Shown here: in pieces, positions 1 to 12,500 of the stretch | How positions within the stretch are numbered: position 1 is the stretch's first letter | Layout of the letters: each line of letters begins with the position of its first letter | NCBI GenBank assembly: GCA_964016885.1 | Contig: OZ024740.1 | Span: 253,022,001 to 253,086,000 of the forward strand | DNA: 64,000 nt | DNA from: Eledone cirrhosa | Taxonomy: Eukaryota | Direction of reading: 5' to 3' | Notes under the pieces: generated by a model | Seen by the model: only the letters and a program-made list of their open reading frames with translations | Database searches by the model: none | What the model was told of the DNA's origin: nothing | Program-made: the position numbers and the translations under genes

Positions 1-390
1 GCCAATGTCATGGATGTTATCCAATCATTTTGCTTTGGGTTGTCTGCTGGTTGGTTTTGCCCGTAAAATCTGTCCAGCGATTCTTTCCTGATACATTCTA
101 ACCACATGTCCGCAATATTGGAGCTGTAGTCTCTCAATTCGGAGAAGTAGCGGCTCTATCTGGAGTGACAGCTCTGATCTCCGAGTATGCACTCTATCGA
201 TTAATGTTATTCCAAAGACCCTTCGAGGAAACCCCATTTCGCCTGCTTTGTTCGCGATCGTATTCTTTCCGTCATTACTCAAGATTCACGTCTATGTAAA
301 AGTTGGCACGAATACCGTATTGAAGGTAGCGAGTTTGGTCTTTACACCTACCACCATTCTTCTGATAACTGAATGCTGAAGCTGGAGTTT
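1..390 (-). mobile_element. RTE-clade LINE fragment (C-terminal part of ORF, degenerate)
   Basis: ORF 25..282 carries the RTE C-terminal signature RLQLQYCGHVVRM..ERIAGQIL; similar to the fragment at 41040-41390. Confidence 0.7.
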
Positions 391-543
391 TTTCTGGAAA
401 TAAGAATTAAAATCGTCGCTATACATTTTGCCTGTTTACATCATAATACATGCATATGTGTGTGTATATATGTGGGTGTTTTGTTGTGTGATGGTAATAA
501 CAAGTTAATTATTTACCAGTAACACCGGTTTGAGTAAACTCTC

Positions 544-575
544 GTTGCTATGACATCTGAGAGCAATTAACCAAT
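544..575 (+). promoter_or_regulatory. Candidate RFX X-box (GTTGCTATGACATC) followed by a CCAAT box; possible promoter of the CEP95-like gene
   Basis: 544-557 reads GATGTCATAGCAAC on the - strand, 2 mismatches to GTTGCCATAGCAAC; CCAAT at 571-575; strong donor CG|GTAAGC at 688; lies in non-repetitive-looking DNA. Confidence 0.35.
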
Positions 576-1117
576 GAAACTATTCATTTTTGAATCTACC
601 GGATACTTTGAATTAAACACAGCATTATGATCCATCGCTGACGATATTTTAATTGTTTCAAACGTTACATACTTTGTTATTTCATCGGTAAGCTACTTGA
701 ATTTGTTAATTACATGAATATTCAGTTTTCTGAGCTGTTAACGTTACATTTGTCATTTGTCCGTATTTTGGTGGTGTATTTTTATATACATATAAAATTC
801 AATCACTAACAATGCCTGGCTTGTGTGGGCATGTTTCCAGTTCTCTGTATTCGTTGTGGTAGAGAATCTAAAACGGCAAGGTTTAGATTCCCTGCTAAGG
901 AAGGAATATTGGGGGGGGGGGGGGGGTAATTCAAACTGGGATATAAAAGTGCACATGGTGTATATATCAAATGATATACCAATATACCCAACTATAGTAT
1001 ACATGGAATACCAATATATACAACTATATATATAACAAATAAAGTGGGGTAAGGAACCAGGTGGACCATAACGCACCAGAGTACTCGATACTTAGGATAA
1101 TAGAGTGACAGATCTAA

Positions 1118-2243
1118 CGCTAGTTATGTCTGGAGGTCGAAAGTGAAACTGTTAAGCGGTGAATTAAGCATAAAAGCTTAACTTTTGAAAATTACTTTCA
1201 CTTCTAACAGAAAATTATGCCTGGAGGTCGACCTGCTACTGCGCCAAAATATATTGTTCCACCAGATGAAGTAATGAATAGCACTCAAATTTTGGCTGAG
1301 AAATATAATATAACCAAACTTGCAAGAGATGTAACTGATACTTGGAGCTGTATACAGTGGTGTGCACGTAGACGGCTTTTACGCAATACTTTGATTTGTG
1401 ACTCCTGTAATGTTGAATGCTTCCTAATTAATAGAGGTGATATATCTGATGGCAAAACATGGTATTGTCGTCATAAGACATCAATTTGTCAAGGCAGTTG
1501 GTTCAATCAGTCATTTATCCTTCTACCAAATTGTCCTTATGACATACTGCTGGTCACGTTTTTGTCACAGCAAGATATTATATGGGAGGTTGATTGGTGT
1601 AATTTTTGTCGTGAGGCATGTGAGATGTGGCTTGAGCAAAACCCCCAACAAATAGGTGGGATTAATGAGAATGGAGAACCAATGACGGTGGAAGTGGATG
1701 AAACTAAATTTGTTCATCGAAAATATCAAGAGGGTCATTGGTTGTATGGGGGGATTGAGCGAGAGACAGGAAAATGCTTTTTAATTCCAGTTGAAAACCG
1801 CACCGAGTCAACTCTACGTGAATTAACATTGCAATGGATTCTTCCAGAGAGTCACATAGCTATTTGTATGAATTTATTTGGCGAAATACTGTTCGTGCTG
1901 ATAATACTTTTGCAGCATTTTTAATTGTTATCAGTAATTTGTTTTAGAATATCTGTTATTTTGTAGTTACGAGGTAATCAAATCAACCAGTTACTATTAT
2001 ATTTGTTTCTACTTTAGGCACAAGGCCAGCAATAACCCAGTTCATTACTGGTACTTTATTTTATCGATATTAATATTTAACTAGTTCTGCTTTATATTCT
2101 ATGTCTCTTTCTGTATCTAATAATTTTTCTCTCTCTTTTTCAATAAATAAATAACCTAACCCTAACCCTAAACTCTAGTCAGTAATTTTACTTGTGGTTC
2201 ACCGCTTAACAGTTTCACTTTCGATCTCCAGACATAACTAGCG
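1118..2243 (+). mobile_element. Merlin/ISXO2 (IS1595-like) DNA transposon, internally degenerate
   Basis: 46 bp inverted repeats at 1118-1163 and 2198-2243 (1 mismatch) bracket ORF 1217..1924; short (CCCTAA)n run at ~2155-2171; no clear TSD. Confidence 0.8.
1217..1924 (+). pseudogene. ISXO2/Merlin-type DDE transposase, truncated
   Basis: Zn-ribbon CDSC..WYCR, then VEVDETKF..HRKY..GHWLYGGIERETGKCFLIPVENR..TL..WILP; reading frame degenerates after ~1855. Confidence 0.8.
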
Positions 2244-2303
2244 ATAATGTTTATTTGAGTTTGTGAACGTAAAATAGTAAATTACCTACATATATATATA
2301 TAT

Positions 2304-3097
2304 TGTCGGGCTGCTGTGGGAGGGGCATTGCTGGAAGTTGGAGGACGCCTGACCGGAAGTAGGAGGACGGGGGCGACTCGAGGGACCAGGCGGTCAATAG
2401 AGGTCTCTTAGCTATACGCACTGCGCGGCACAGACTCCTCGGTCTGTCCCACCCGCGGAGACATGTACCAGAACACTGTCTCCATTGGCGAAATGTGCCC
2501 CCCTTTCCGCCATGGCCTTGATCGTGCGATGATGTCTCTCCACGATCCCATCTCCGCTCAGAAGCAGTTCACCTTCCACTTGTCAAGCATTTCCCTCAGC
2601 GACTCCAAGCGAAACGCCGTGCCGTTGTCCATCAGCAGTTCATCAACAGGGCCCCGCTCCAAGAATATCTCTCAGCGTCCGCACGATTTCCTCCGCAGTC
2701 CCTGTCTTCATTTCCCTCCATATCGCCATCAGTCCCGCCCCACAATCGACCATCGAGAGATACATTCCTTGTCGGTAGTGTGTCACGTCCACCGCTAATC
2801 GCTTCCAGTTGTGCTCCACTGGGATGCTTCCTGTCTCATGCACACTCGAGGCAGGGTCGATAGTCTGGCATCTGTCGCAACCTTGCGTTTCTCTGGTCCA
2901 AGTGGGGTACTTTCCGCTCGCGTCTGTCTTCACACGTCCGTCACCTCGCAGGGCATATAGCTAAGAGGCCTCTGTTGACCGCCTGGTCCCTTGAGTCGCC
3001 CCCATCCTCCTGCTTCCGGTCAGGCATCCCCCAACTTCCGGCAATTCCCCTCCCACGGCAGCTCTACACCCCCCCTCTATCTCGTGGCAGCCCCACA
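2304..3097 (-). mobile_element. Gypsy-like integrase fragment bounded by inverted LTR-end sequences (TG...CA) in a (TA)n tract
   Basis: ORF 2643..2933 (CDRCQTIDP..WKRLAVDVTHY..MVDCG) is homologous to the integrase at 48286-49100; inverted arms 2304-2419 and 2953-3068. Confidence 0.7.
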
Positions 3098-3110
3098 TAT
3101 ATATATATAA

Positions 3111-3483
3111 CACATGCACCCGTTGGTTTTCACTTCAATTTATTATGAACTTCCAATTGGTTAGTTTAATAACTGGATTGTTGTTTATTGTTAAAACTCG
3201 TTTGTCACACATTCTGTGACCTCCTCAGTGACTAATTTGTTATTTTGTGTCTCTGTTTTGTTCTGTCCTACATGATCCGAGATCACAGAATGTGTGACGA
3301 AAGAGCTTTGACAATAAACAAATAAACAACTAACTGGAAGTGTAATAAATTGAAGTGAAAACCAACAGGTGCATGTGTTTTTATTGGCAGCATGACTCTC
3401 CCAAAGCATAACAATATCTGCTTCAACACACGTTTTCAGATAAGAAATCTTGCAAAACAAATACAAAAACAAAGAATATATAT
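3111..3483. repeat. Foldback repeat with degenerate hammerhead motifs (probable Penelope pLTR derivative); same family as 51590-52080
   Basis: 3120-3232 is inverted relative to 3279-3372; consensus GTCA-CTGAGGA-G-GTCACA-GAATG-TGTGAC-GAAA-GAGCT-T-TGAC. Confidence 0.6.
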
Positions 3484-4524
3484 ATTCAGAGATAAGCTGT
3501 CTTACTTAATGATAAAAAATAGTAGGAATTGAATTTTCCGCCAAATCTAATCGGACTAGCTTTTCTAGATCTTATTCATCTGTAACATAGCGAAACACAT
3601 GTACATTATATAATAAATGTAGATCCTCTAAATGCAATTTTGTCATTCATGCTACTTATATTATATATAAACACTCCTGGAATTACCTTCATTTTACCCA
3701 TGGTTAACCACCGGAAACACTTGATAAACCTTCCACCTGTTAAGTCAAAAACCATAGCATGTTGATATAGTCTTCAATTTCTTCTAACGAAATCTGATCA
3801 CTATCTATCTATCTAGGGTGGGTAAAATTCCTGAGATCCATGGACGAGTTATCTCCAGCAGTCTCTGTCCCTCATCATCGCTGCCATATCCTGCGTCTCC
3901 AGGAGACCGGTGTCTGTCCTTATGGCATCAACATATAGTCCAGTTCCTTGTGTATTTTCGTTCAAATTTTTTGGAAATTTACTAAACTATACATTTTTGG
4001 AAACGTTAGGATGTATTGAACACAAAAATCAATGTTGCCATTTTTTTAGGATTCCGAACATGGCCGTCAACAGGGCTTCAAAATGGCGACCGTTTGAAAT
4101 CTAAATTTACCAATATATCCATTTCCAAGCCATGTAGCCTTTTACTTTCAGTGGCTAAACTTACATTTTAAGGGGCCAGAAGTCTAGAGAAATTGACTAC
4201 AATCACTTATATTTAACATGAAGAAAGATTTTTAAAATAAAAATACCAATTTTAATGACAAAACTGCAAACACCACATGCAAATATGATATTTCTTCTCT
4301 AGATCCACTCATAATCAGGATATCGAAGCATGAGTCAAACATAATAAAAATAAATTTGTCTTCACGTACACTTTATTTTAATACATAAAACAATTAATTC
4401 GTGGACACTTTGCTTTTATCCATTTCACGATACAATCAGTCATGACTTTTAACAGGCAGGAATACAAATTTGTGCACACTTTGTTATTGCCACTTTTAGA
4501 ACGGAATCAGTCATAACCATGATA

Positions 4525-6174
4525 TCAGTCATCACTCTTACTATCAGTATTACCTGAGTCAAGGTTTTCATAAACTCTTTCCGCGTCATCTTCACACTGT
4601 GTGGTGCACAGGCAAAGGTCGGTGCACTGCAGATTCTTTGACCTGCAGGAACATCTTTGTGAGGAACAATCTCCCTTGCACTGGCATCTCACCATCTCAA
4701 TGATGGCTTTAGGTTCTGGAGGATCATCAGTAGTGGTTGGCTTTAGTTGGCCATCATCTTCCTTGTAGTAGCCTTTCTCCATTGGATCCAGTGAAACTTG
4801 CTGGAGAGGGCTTGCCTGGCCCCAAACTCGTGCTTGCACATGTACCTTTAAGATGTGCTGCTTGAGGGCACCAACTGTAGGTGTTAACTTGTCACTCTCT
4901 GAAATGTATTTACAGAACAGGTACCATCGCAACTCTGGAATGCTTTTGATTTGGATTCCCTTTGGACTGTAGGCAGGACACACAAAACTTTCCAAGCTGG
5001 TCAGAAGTTCTTCAGTCACTTCAGTATCATCAGACAGCTTTTTCAGAGCGTCAATGGTGTTATCATCAACTTCAAGGAAGATCTTGAACCATGTGGCCTT
5101 TCCTACTCTAGCAAACCTTCCTGTATTATCGGCGCCAGAGAAGGCATGGAATGCAGGTAAAGCCTTCGCCTTTGCTGGACCTAGAACGTCCCAGAATGGC
5201 TGGATCTTTAGAACACTTGATGCCATGGAGATGGAGGTGTGCCTAGGTAACGAATCATAGTTGGCAATTACCAGAACCAGGACATCTGTGTCAGGTGAGA
5301 AAAAAGTTAGTTGCATATCTCTTGGGTTTTGCCTTGTTGAAGATACTGCAAGGCATATCACCAGTGTGTCAGCTTCCTCGTGGTTGTTTTCACTGAAAGG
5401 TTCCAAATCCTTGTTGCTCCTGGTTTGGCCAGATGCTGAAGTGATGACAAGCTTGGAGGAATAGTTGCTGTAGTACAGAGTCTTTTCTACCAAGTACTTA
5501 GTCAAATCAGCCGTCGTCTTTTCTAGTGACAGGAATCTGCTCATGGTTATGTGCTTGATGCTCGTCTCATCTCTGACTTGATACTGGACTGGATCCTTCC
5601 CCTGGCGTCTCTTCTGCCTGGTTGCATTCTTCAAGGAATCGGTCTTATATGTATCAAACACGAGAATTATTTCGTCAAAGTTCTGTGTGACGTTCATCAG
5701 TCTTTCATAGAAACTTTGGCTTAGATCTCTCACTGCAACCATGGTAGCTGGTTTCTTAGTCAGCTTCTGAATAAGCACCATTCCATCTACCACCGCAACC
5801 CTCCTGTTGTGATTGAGATTGTCCTTTTCAGTGGCTTCATCTTGCAGTGAATTGCCTTGTGCTGTTTTCTCTGATGCTATCTGCTCAAGGAGATGAATGA
5901 GTTTGGACTTGTCAGTGCATGGCAACACTGACCCATTTGGGGAAAAGAGTGCTCTTGGCGTCAAGGTGAACTCGTAATTGCTAATTGCTTCTTTCTGGTT
6001 CACGTCTCGGTCGGACCTGGCAAGAACCATAAGTCTGCCATACAAATCTTTGGTTTCCTTCATGTCAATGGTTTTGTCACAAACCTTTACAGCATGTCTC
6101 TTGTTGCCAGATGTGAACAGCTTGCTCAGTGCTTCTCCAGCTTCAAGATGAAGATTCAGATCAGCATTCCGCAA
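4525..6174 (-). pseudogene. Academ C-terminal region: XPG/FEN1-like nuclease domain plus Cys-rich zinc finger
   Basis: Motifs VVDGM, VFDTY, HEEADT, SPDTDVLVL, FSGADNTG; C-terminal CQCKGDCSSQRCSCRSKNLQCTDLCLC. Confidence 0.8.
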
Positions 6175-6423
6175 TAAAGTACAGAACTGTCTCTACCCGA
6201 TGCATATAGTTCTTAGACTTCTCTGCTTCCCAGTCTTGCAGTTTCTTGATCACATCATACTCTGCTAAGACTTGCTGCAGATGAGCATTTGCATGCCGCC
6301 TCTTCTTCTTGAATCGTTGCTTCTAGACACAGATCTTTCAGATGAAGATTGTCCTCTAGCAATTACTCCAATGCCAGTTCATAAAGTACCATGTGGGAGT
6401 AAATGTGTGCACTTGAGAATTTG

Positions 6424-8626
6424 TCAGGTTGTGGCAGAACTATACAGATCGGCTTCCATCCAGGCGTCGTCTATTCCCGAGTTTTCAATTGAAGAGCTGA
6501 GAGCTCTCAACGCAGCCATGACAACATGAAACTCACCAAATCTTGGTAGCACTTTGCCCTTCAAATACGGCCTAGCATCAACCAACTGTACTGCTTTCTC
6601 GTAGAGTGCCATGTCGAAGGAAATGGTAGTGAGGTACTTGTCAGCAACTGCCAGCTCTTTTAATTTGTTTGCTTGCATCATAACGGTTAGCAATGTTGGC
6701 CATTCATGCACGACTTCTGGGAGCAAAGGTAGAGCTCCAACCTCAGTTAAGGGTAAGCTTGTCGACAAAAGTGAGTTATAGCCTGCCCAGCCTGGAATTC
6801 GACTCGAGTCTCCATCGTTCATTCGGGAAACAGCGTAGGCAACGACCCATCCCAGATGTGTGAGCTGGTAGGTACTATCCACACCTTCTTTGTCAATGGC
6901 AAACTGAATCATCCTCTTCTTGGATGGTGTCTTCTGCTTTGGCTTCTCACAAGGAGCTATAGCTGTATGATATAGGGTCACAGAGAGACTGTGCATCAGT
7001 GATATTTAGGGGTGATGCATTTGGTTCTCCAGGCGCATCAGCTTTCTGTTATACGGCAGTGATAGTGCCATGGGTGGTACCTTTACCATCTGGACTGTCC
7101 TCAGTGAAATCCGCATTGTCTACTGCGAAGAAGACAAAAGTGCCTTTCTTGAGGAATGGTGTTCTCCACTACAGCATTGGCAACAGCTGTTTCCACCATT
7201 AGCGTACGGCTGTATGAAACACAGTAATCTTGGGCATTGAGGAGATTAACGAGCATCTTATTTCTTGTTTTTTGATGGATGCTCAGCGCCAATCCCACAA
7301 ATTGGGGATTTTCTCTAACATGCTGCGACCGAAAGCCAGCATGCTCAGTTTTGGGCTTGTATGTGACTTATCTCTTAGACTTGAATTCAAACATCAGATT
7401 TTGACTCATTGTAAGGGCAGCTCTGTCCACAGCATGTGTTCGAACTTCAGTCTCCAGTTCATTTGCAGGCCCTGCCATGATCCAGCGAATAAGTGTATAG
7501 AGTTCCACTGGCACATCTTCTATTTTGCTGGAAACTGGGATTGAACTTTGTGGCGGTTGTCTTTTGGTAAAATTTTCAATGCTGTGGCGAACAAGCTGTG
7601 CTGACCTATAGAGATTCTTCATGTTGTCCGTGTCATCAGAAGTGATGGCAGAGTGAACCATTTTAACCTCACAGGCTTCAGGGTAATACAACACAGCTGA
7701 CTTTCGCCTATTGCTTTGCAGAACAGACCTTACACCTGGTAATTCTGTTAATATTTTGTCTTTCAGCCATTGTCTGGTATAGACAGGTCTGTGATTTGGC
7801 AAAGCCTCTGCTCCACCTAGCATGTTCAAATAAGTATTCTCGATGTCTGCCATGAAAAGATATGCGCCATCTGTAGTTTGCATGTCGATAATCTTCACTA
7901 ATTCAATGAAACTAGCTGTTTGCTGTTGACACCCACTCTCTTTGTTTGCGATAGCTTTATCTCTCAGAACATGGAACACATTTCTTGTCCAACACTGTTT
8001 ATGATATTTGATATCAACAGCGTGGGCATCCCCTTTGGAGATGCAAGATGCCATTCTTGTTTTTAGTTCTGGATTAGGAGAGATTTCCACAGCTTTTTTT
8101 AGAGCTTGGCCCGCATTGGCAGTTCTTACTGCAAACAACTGTTGGTCACCAAACGTTTGACAAAAAAAGCACAAATCATTTTCCAGTGGGTTTGTAGCTG
8201 ACCGCGTAAACGGCACTAAGATTGCGGCAGAGGTTGATGGCTCACTCCTGTCAAAGCTTGAAGGGCGTCCTCGCTTTCTGCGGATATGTGATCCAGTAGA
8301 CAAAGACCGTTGGTGACGGTCTCTTGCACGTTGCATTTTGACTTTACTGGTGGCGATGGAGTAGCACGTGCGATGCCAAAAAGCCTTATTTCTCTGCAAA
8401 GTTTCTGTTGTGCAGTCTTCTAGCTTCTTTTGAATTTTGACAAATTCGCATCATGCAGTAATGCTCGTTCCTTCACTGCAGCTAACAAACTATGGTATGA
8501 ATATAATTTTGGTTGTAACACAAACTGGCCTGCATCTTGTAGGCACAAAATACACAGTTTCCAGTCAATTGTCTCTTGTTGCTGTCTACCAAGTCGTGGT
8601 AACGTTGCTGTGGCCACGTTGTTCAT
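6424..8626 (-). pseudogene. Academ N-terminal and transposase region, frameshifted (ORFs 8420-8626, 7368-8399, 7101-7298, 6424-6996)
   Basis: CILC, HRTCYS, CFFC, YHKQC, TISFDMALYEKA, PRFGEFHVVM..SGIDDAW. Confidence 0.75.
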
Positions 8627-9515
8627 TGGTCTGAAAAATTATAAACACTAATGAAGTAATTACATGGCATTTGATTATTATTATTATTATTTTTATCATT
8701 ATTATTATTGTTATTATGTTAAATTAGCCACTAAAATTAGAAGCCCAGTTGGTTAGAATTGGAGATACTGTTGAAAAAGGTTATCGGTAGTCACCATTTT
8801 GAAATTCCAAGATGGTCACCACAGACACCTTGAAAAAAATGGCAACATTGGTTTTTGGATTCAGTATGTCCTAAAGTTTTCGAAAATGTATAGTTTTGCT
8901 AATCTCCAAGAAATCTGAACGAAAGTACCAATCATTATATTATGAACTTGACTAATATGTCAACGTCGGTCTCCCCCTTCTAGTGTGTCCATGCATGTCC
9001 AGTTAACCTCAGTCTCTTCTGTGTCACGTTTGAGCTGACTTTTGGGAGGCTCCCATACAGCTCTTGAGTTTTTCATCCTCAGTGTATACTGATTAATGTT
9101 CAGAGTTATCCTCAGCATTCTCATGTAGCACCCATCCACCATCTGAGTAAGTTTCTTGGTCAGTGTCCAAGTCTCAGACCCGTACAGCAGCACAGACTCC
9201 ACTGTAGCAACGAAGAGACGCATCTTCAGGTCTATATGAAGGTCCGACTTCCACACCGATTTCAAACTTTAGCACGCCTTTGTGTTTCCAATCTTTGCTC
9301 CTAGATACAGGAAGTCCTCAATCAATTCTAGCGGCTCTCCGCCTACATTCATAATCTTCTCTGGCTTCTTAATATTCTCTACCAGATACTTCGTCTTAAT
9401 CTCATTCATTCTCAGTCGACACTCATCGATACAGTCTCCACCTCCTGCATCAACTCCTCTGCCTCCTTCACCGTGTTTGTCACCAGAACTATGTCATCAG
9501 CAAATTCAGCATCTG

Positions 9516-12500
9516 CGGATTGGGACTTAAAATCGGCCCTGGCAAATCCGAAGCAACCGGCTCTATAAACAAAATTAAATAAATGTTTTTTAAAAGAAAA
9601 CAATTTACACAAAACAGTTAAAAGGTCAAGTTTTTCTTAAGTAAGTCACTGTTTTCAGCGACTTTGTCAATAACATCCTGGCAATCCACCTGACTAAGCA
9701 CATCTTTTTCTACACACATGAGCATGAGAGCATCCAAATGCTTTTCAGTTAGTGTACTTCTTAGACGGTTCTTCACAAACTTCAAAGTTGAGAAGGAACC
9801 TTCACAGGTAATTTGCGTCGTTGATAGAGTCAGCATCAATTTATAAGCTAATCCTATTAGTCCATACGCATCAGTCAAAAGGTTGTAAGCCTGCAGAGTC
9901 TGATAAACGCACACTGCACAATTTTTACAACGCTTACAAACCGTTGAAACCACTTGCTTACCTTCATCTTCATCATCATATTGTCTGGCAGTGGCAGCAG
10001 CATATTCTTCAGGAAGTCCTTTGCGAAGGCTGCTCCAATTTTTTGCAAGATTAATCAGTTCAAGTTGTAAGTTCTCTTTCGTTGCACTCGGTTCAAAACG
10101 AAGAAGTAGGCTACTTAATGTTTCCAATGCACCCTGAGGCAGACAGGTGGCTATATCACTAAAATTCAGTGGTGATAAACATGCCATATCTCTGTAAATT
10201 GAACCATTCGATTCAAATCTCGATTTCAAGCTTTGGACTACTTGATCTGTGATCTTATTATGTACAATCACAGTAAAATCTTCCATTGCGTCGGCTATAG
10301 GTTCGTCTTTTCCATTTTCTCCTGGCATTCTCTTTTTTCTGGAAAGGAGTCTTGAGGCGTCAAAACAGTTTCAATCCCTTCAGCTTCACAACGTTCTTCC
10401 AGTTTTTTGGAAGTCCAGTCAATAAATTCTGACACAGCATGATGAACTCCTTCTACATCTCTCTGTATGTTTTGCACTTCAGTTATCGTGCTCATTATAA
10501 ACTGTTGCGCTTTAAGAACATCCATGCCACTAGTCTGGAGATACTTTGACAACGGTGTGGTCAATTCAAATATTCTAAGATACGTAAAAGCTGTCATAAC
10601 AGTTTCATACTTCAATAGTGAATCGTTGAGGGATCTGGCCTGTGCTCGTATATCTGGCTGGGCTTGTTCATTCTCTTCGATAGACAAAAGTGCTAGCACT
10701 ACGTCCACGTAAAGATTATTATCAGGGTTAGCGTTTGTGAAACAGCCAAATACTTCTGAAATAGCAGCATGTTTAGCCCACCACCTTGTTTCTCCGAACA
10801 TCTGAAGACGCTTCTTTCTGGGATTTTTGCTGATGTTCTCCCAAATATCCATGCGTTTGTACGATTCTCGGAAAAAGACAGCAACTTGATTCATCAGTGA
10901 AAATAGTGATGACGAAGCCAGAATATTCTGAGTAGCATCATGTATGACCAAATTTAGTATATGTGCATAGCACCATGTATGAATCTGTCCAGGAGCTTCT
11001 TTCGTCAACCAAGCTGTAAAACCATTATATATGCCTTGCATGTTTGACGCTCCATCAAAGAAGGCACCAGGATTAAGGTCTAGAATTCTTTTTTGAACTC
11101 CACTATGTTTGTCTTTCATGTTGCTCCCGTTATCATAGCCTTGTCCACGTATATTTACCATAGGTAACCCGAGTTCTTCCAATTTTTGTAGAAGACATTC
11201 AGACATAAATGCACCAGTAGTTTCCTTCAGTTTAATAAATGTCAAAAAATGTTCATGAATGTTCACTTCATCCATTCGCATATCAATGAATCTTATTACC
11301 AATGTCATTTGTTCTGTGTGACTTACATCTGGAGTACAGTCCAGTATAATTGAAAAATATTTAGCTGATTGACACGACTTTACTATTTCATGTATAATAG
11401 CATTTGACAATAGCTGTATCAGTTCATTTTGCATTTCTTTACCAAGGTAATGTATATGGGTTTCATTATCTCTAATTCTTCTCAAGTGTTCTTTCATTAT
11501 TGGATCAAACAGAGCAAGATATTCTACAAACTTAAGAAGGTTTCCATTTCCAGCAGTAAACAGTTTATCAACAGATCCTCTGAAGGCTAAATTTTATCTA
11601 CCAAGTGTCCGAACTAAAGCTAATAAACGTTCTAAAATATGTCTCCAATATTGTTCTTCTTGTTTTATTAGACGAGCATTTTCCTCATCAATTGTTGCAT
11701 TTCTGTTTAATCGCAAATCCAATTCTTTCCAGTTATTAAAGTTTTCAAAATGTTCAGTTGATTTTTTATGAGATGATAGTATAGCTGACATATTTTTCCA
11801 ATCTGCAGATCCATGTACTGCAAGAGTTGATAGACTAGCTATTTTTTTACTAAACAATTTACAGCAAAAGCAGAACACACAGTCTTGTAATAGTGAATAT
11901 TGTAACCAATTACGATTAATTTCTTCACCATTAATTAACTTTCTAGTATAATGAATGTTTGAAAATTTTCTCTGATTCTTATCTTTAGGAAACTTTATAT
12001 TTTTAACTTGTTCCGGTCCATGTTGAACTAGTAGCCTTCTAACATTATCATTACACTTTTTTTGCCAGGTGGCAGGATCACTGTAACTTAGATTTAAAAC
12101 TTCATTTTCGATTGATCCATCATCCTTACACTCTGTTTCTGAATTTTCATGTCTTTCATCAAAGATATCTTCATTTCCTGGCTGTATGATACTTACATCA
12201 TAGAATTCATCAATAGAAACAGAAATAGAGTTATTTTCATCATCATCATCACCTTCAGTCTCTCCCTTTGCAAAGGTATTTTTAAGAAATGATCCTTTTT
12301 TTGCTTTGCAAGTTCCCTTTCTTTTTCAAGTTTGCGTTTGCGATACTGAGCACCAGATGGTTGTTTACTGTCTGCCATGCTAAAATAATAATAGTTTAGT
12401 GCAATATGATATACTAAAAAATATCTTGTCCTTATTCCTATCCTCATCCCTAAATGAATTATTTATATCATCTGAAAAAAAGAATTATTTTTTAACAAAT

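Larger units (their letters stand above)
3936..8954 (-). mobile_element. Academ (AcademX-type) DNA transposon
   Basis: TAG...CTA termini; imperfect ~110 bp TIRs (TAGTCCAGTTC.. / ..GAACTTGACTA); ATA TSD at 3933-3935 and 8955-8957; fragmented ORF with transposase, XPG-like and Cys-rich regions. Confidence 0.85.

Noticed and set aside
910-927. Poly-G tract (also ~13934-13953) as a functional G-quadruplex
   Set aside because: Simple homopolymers; the second lies inside a decayed LINE; no evidence of function
2155-2171. Telomere or interstitial telomeric site
   Set aside because: Fewer than three units and internal to a transposon
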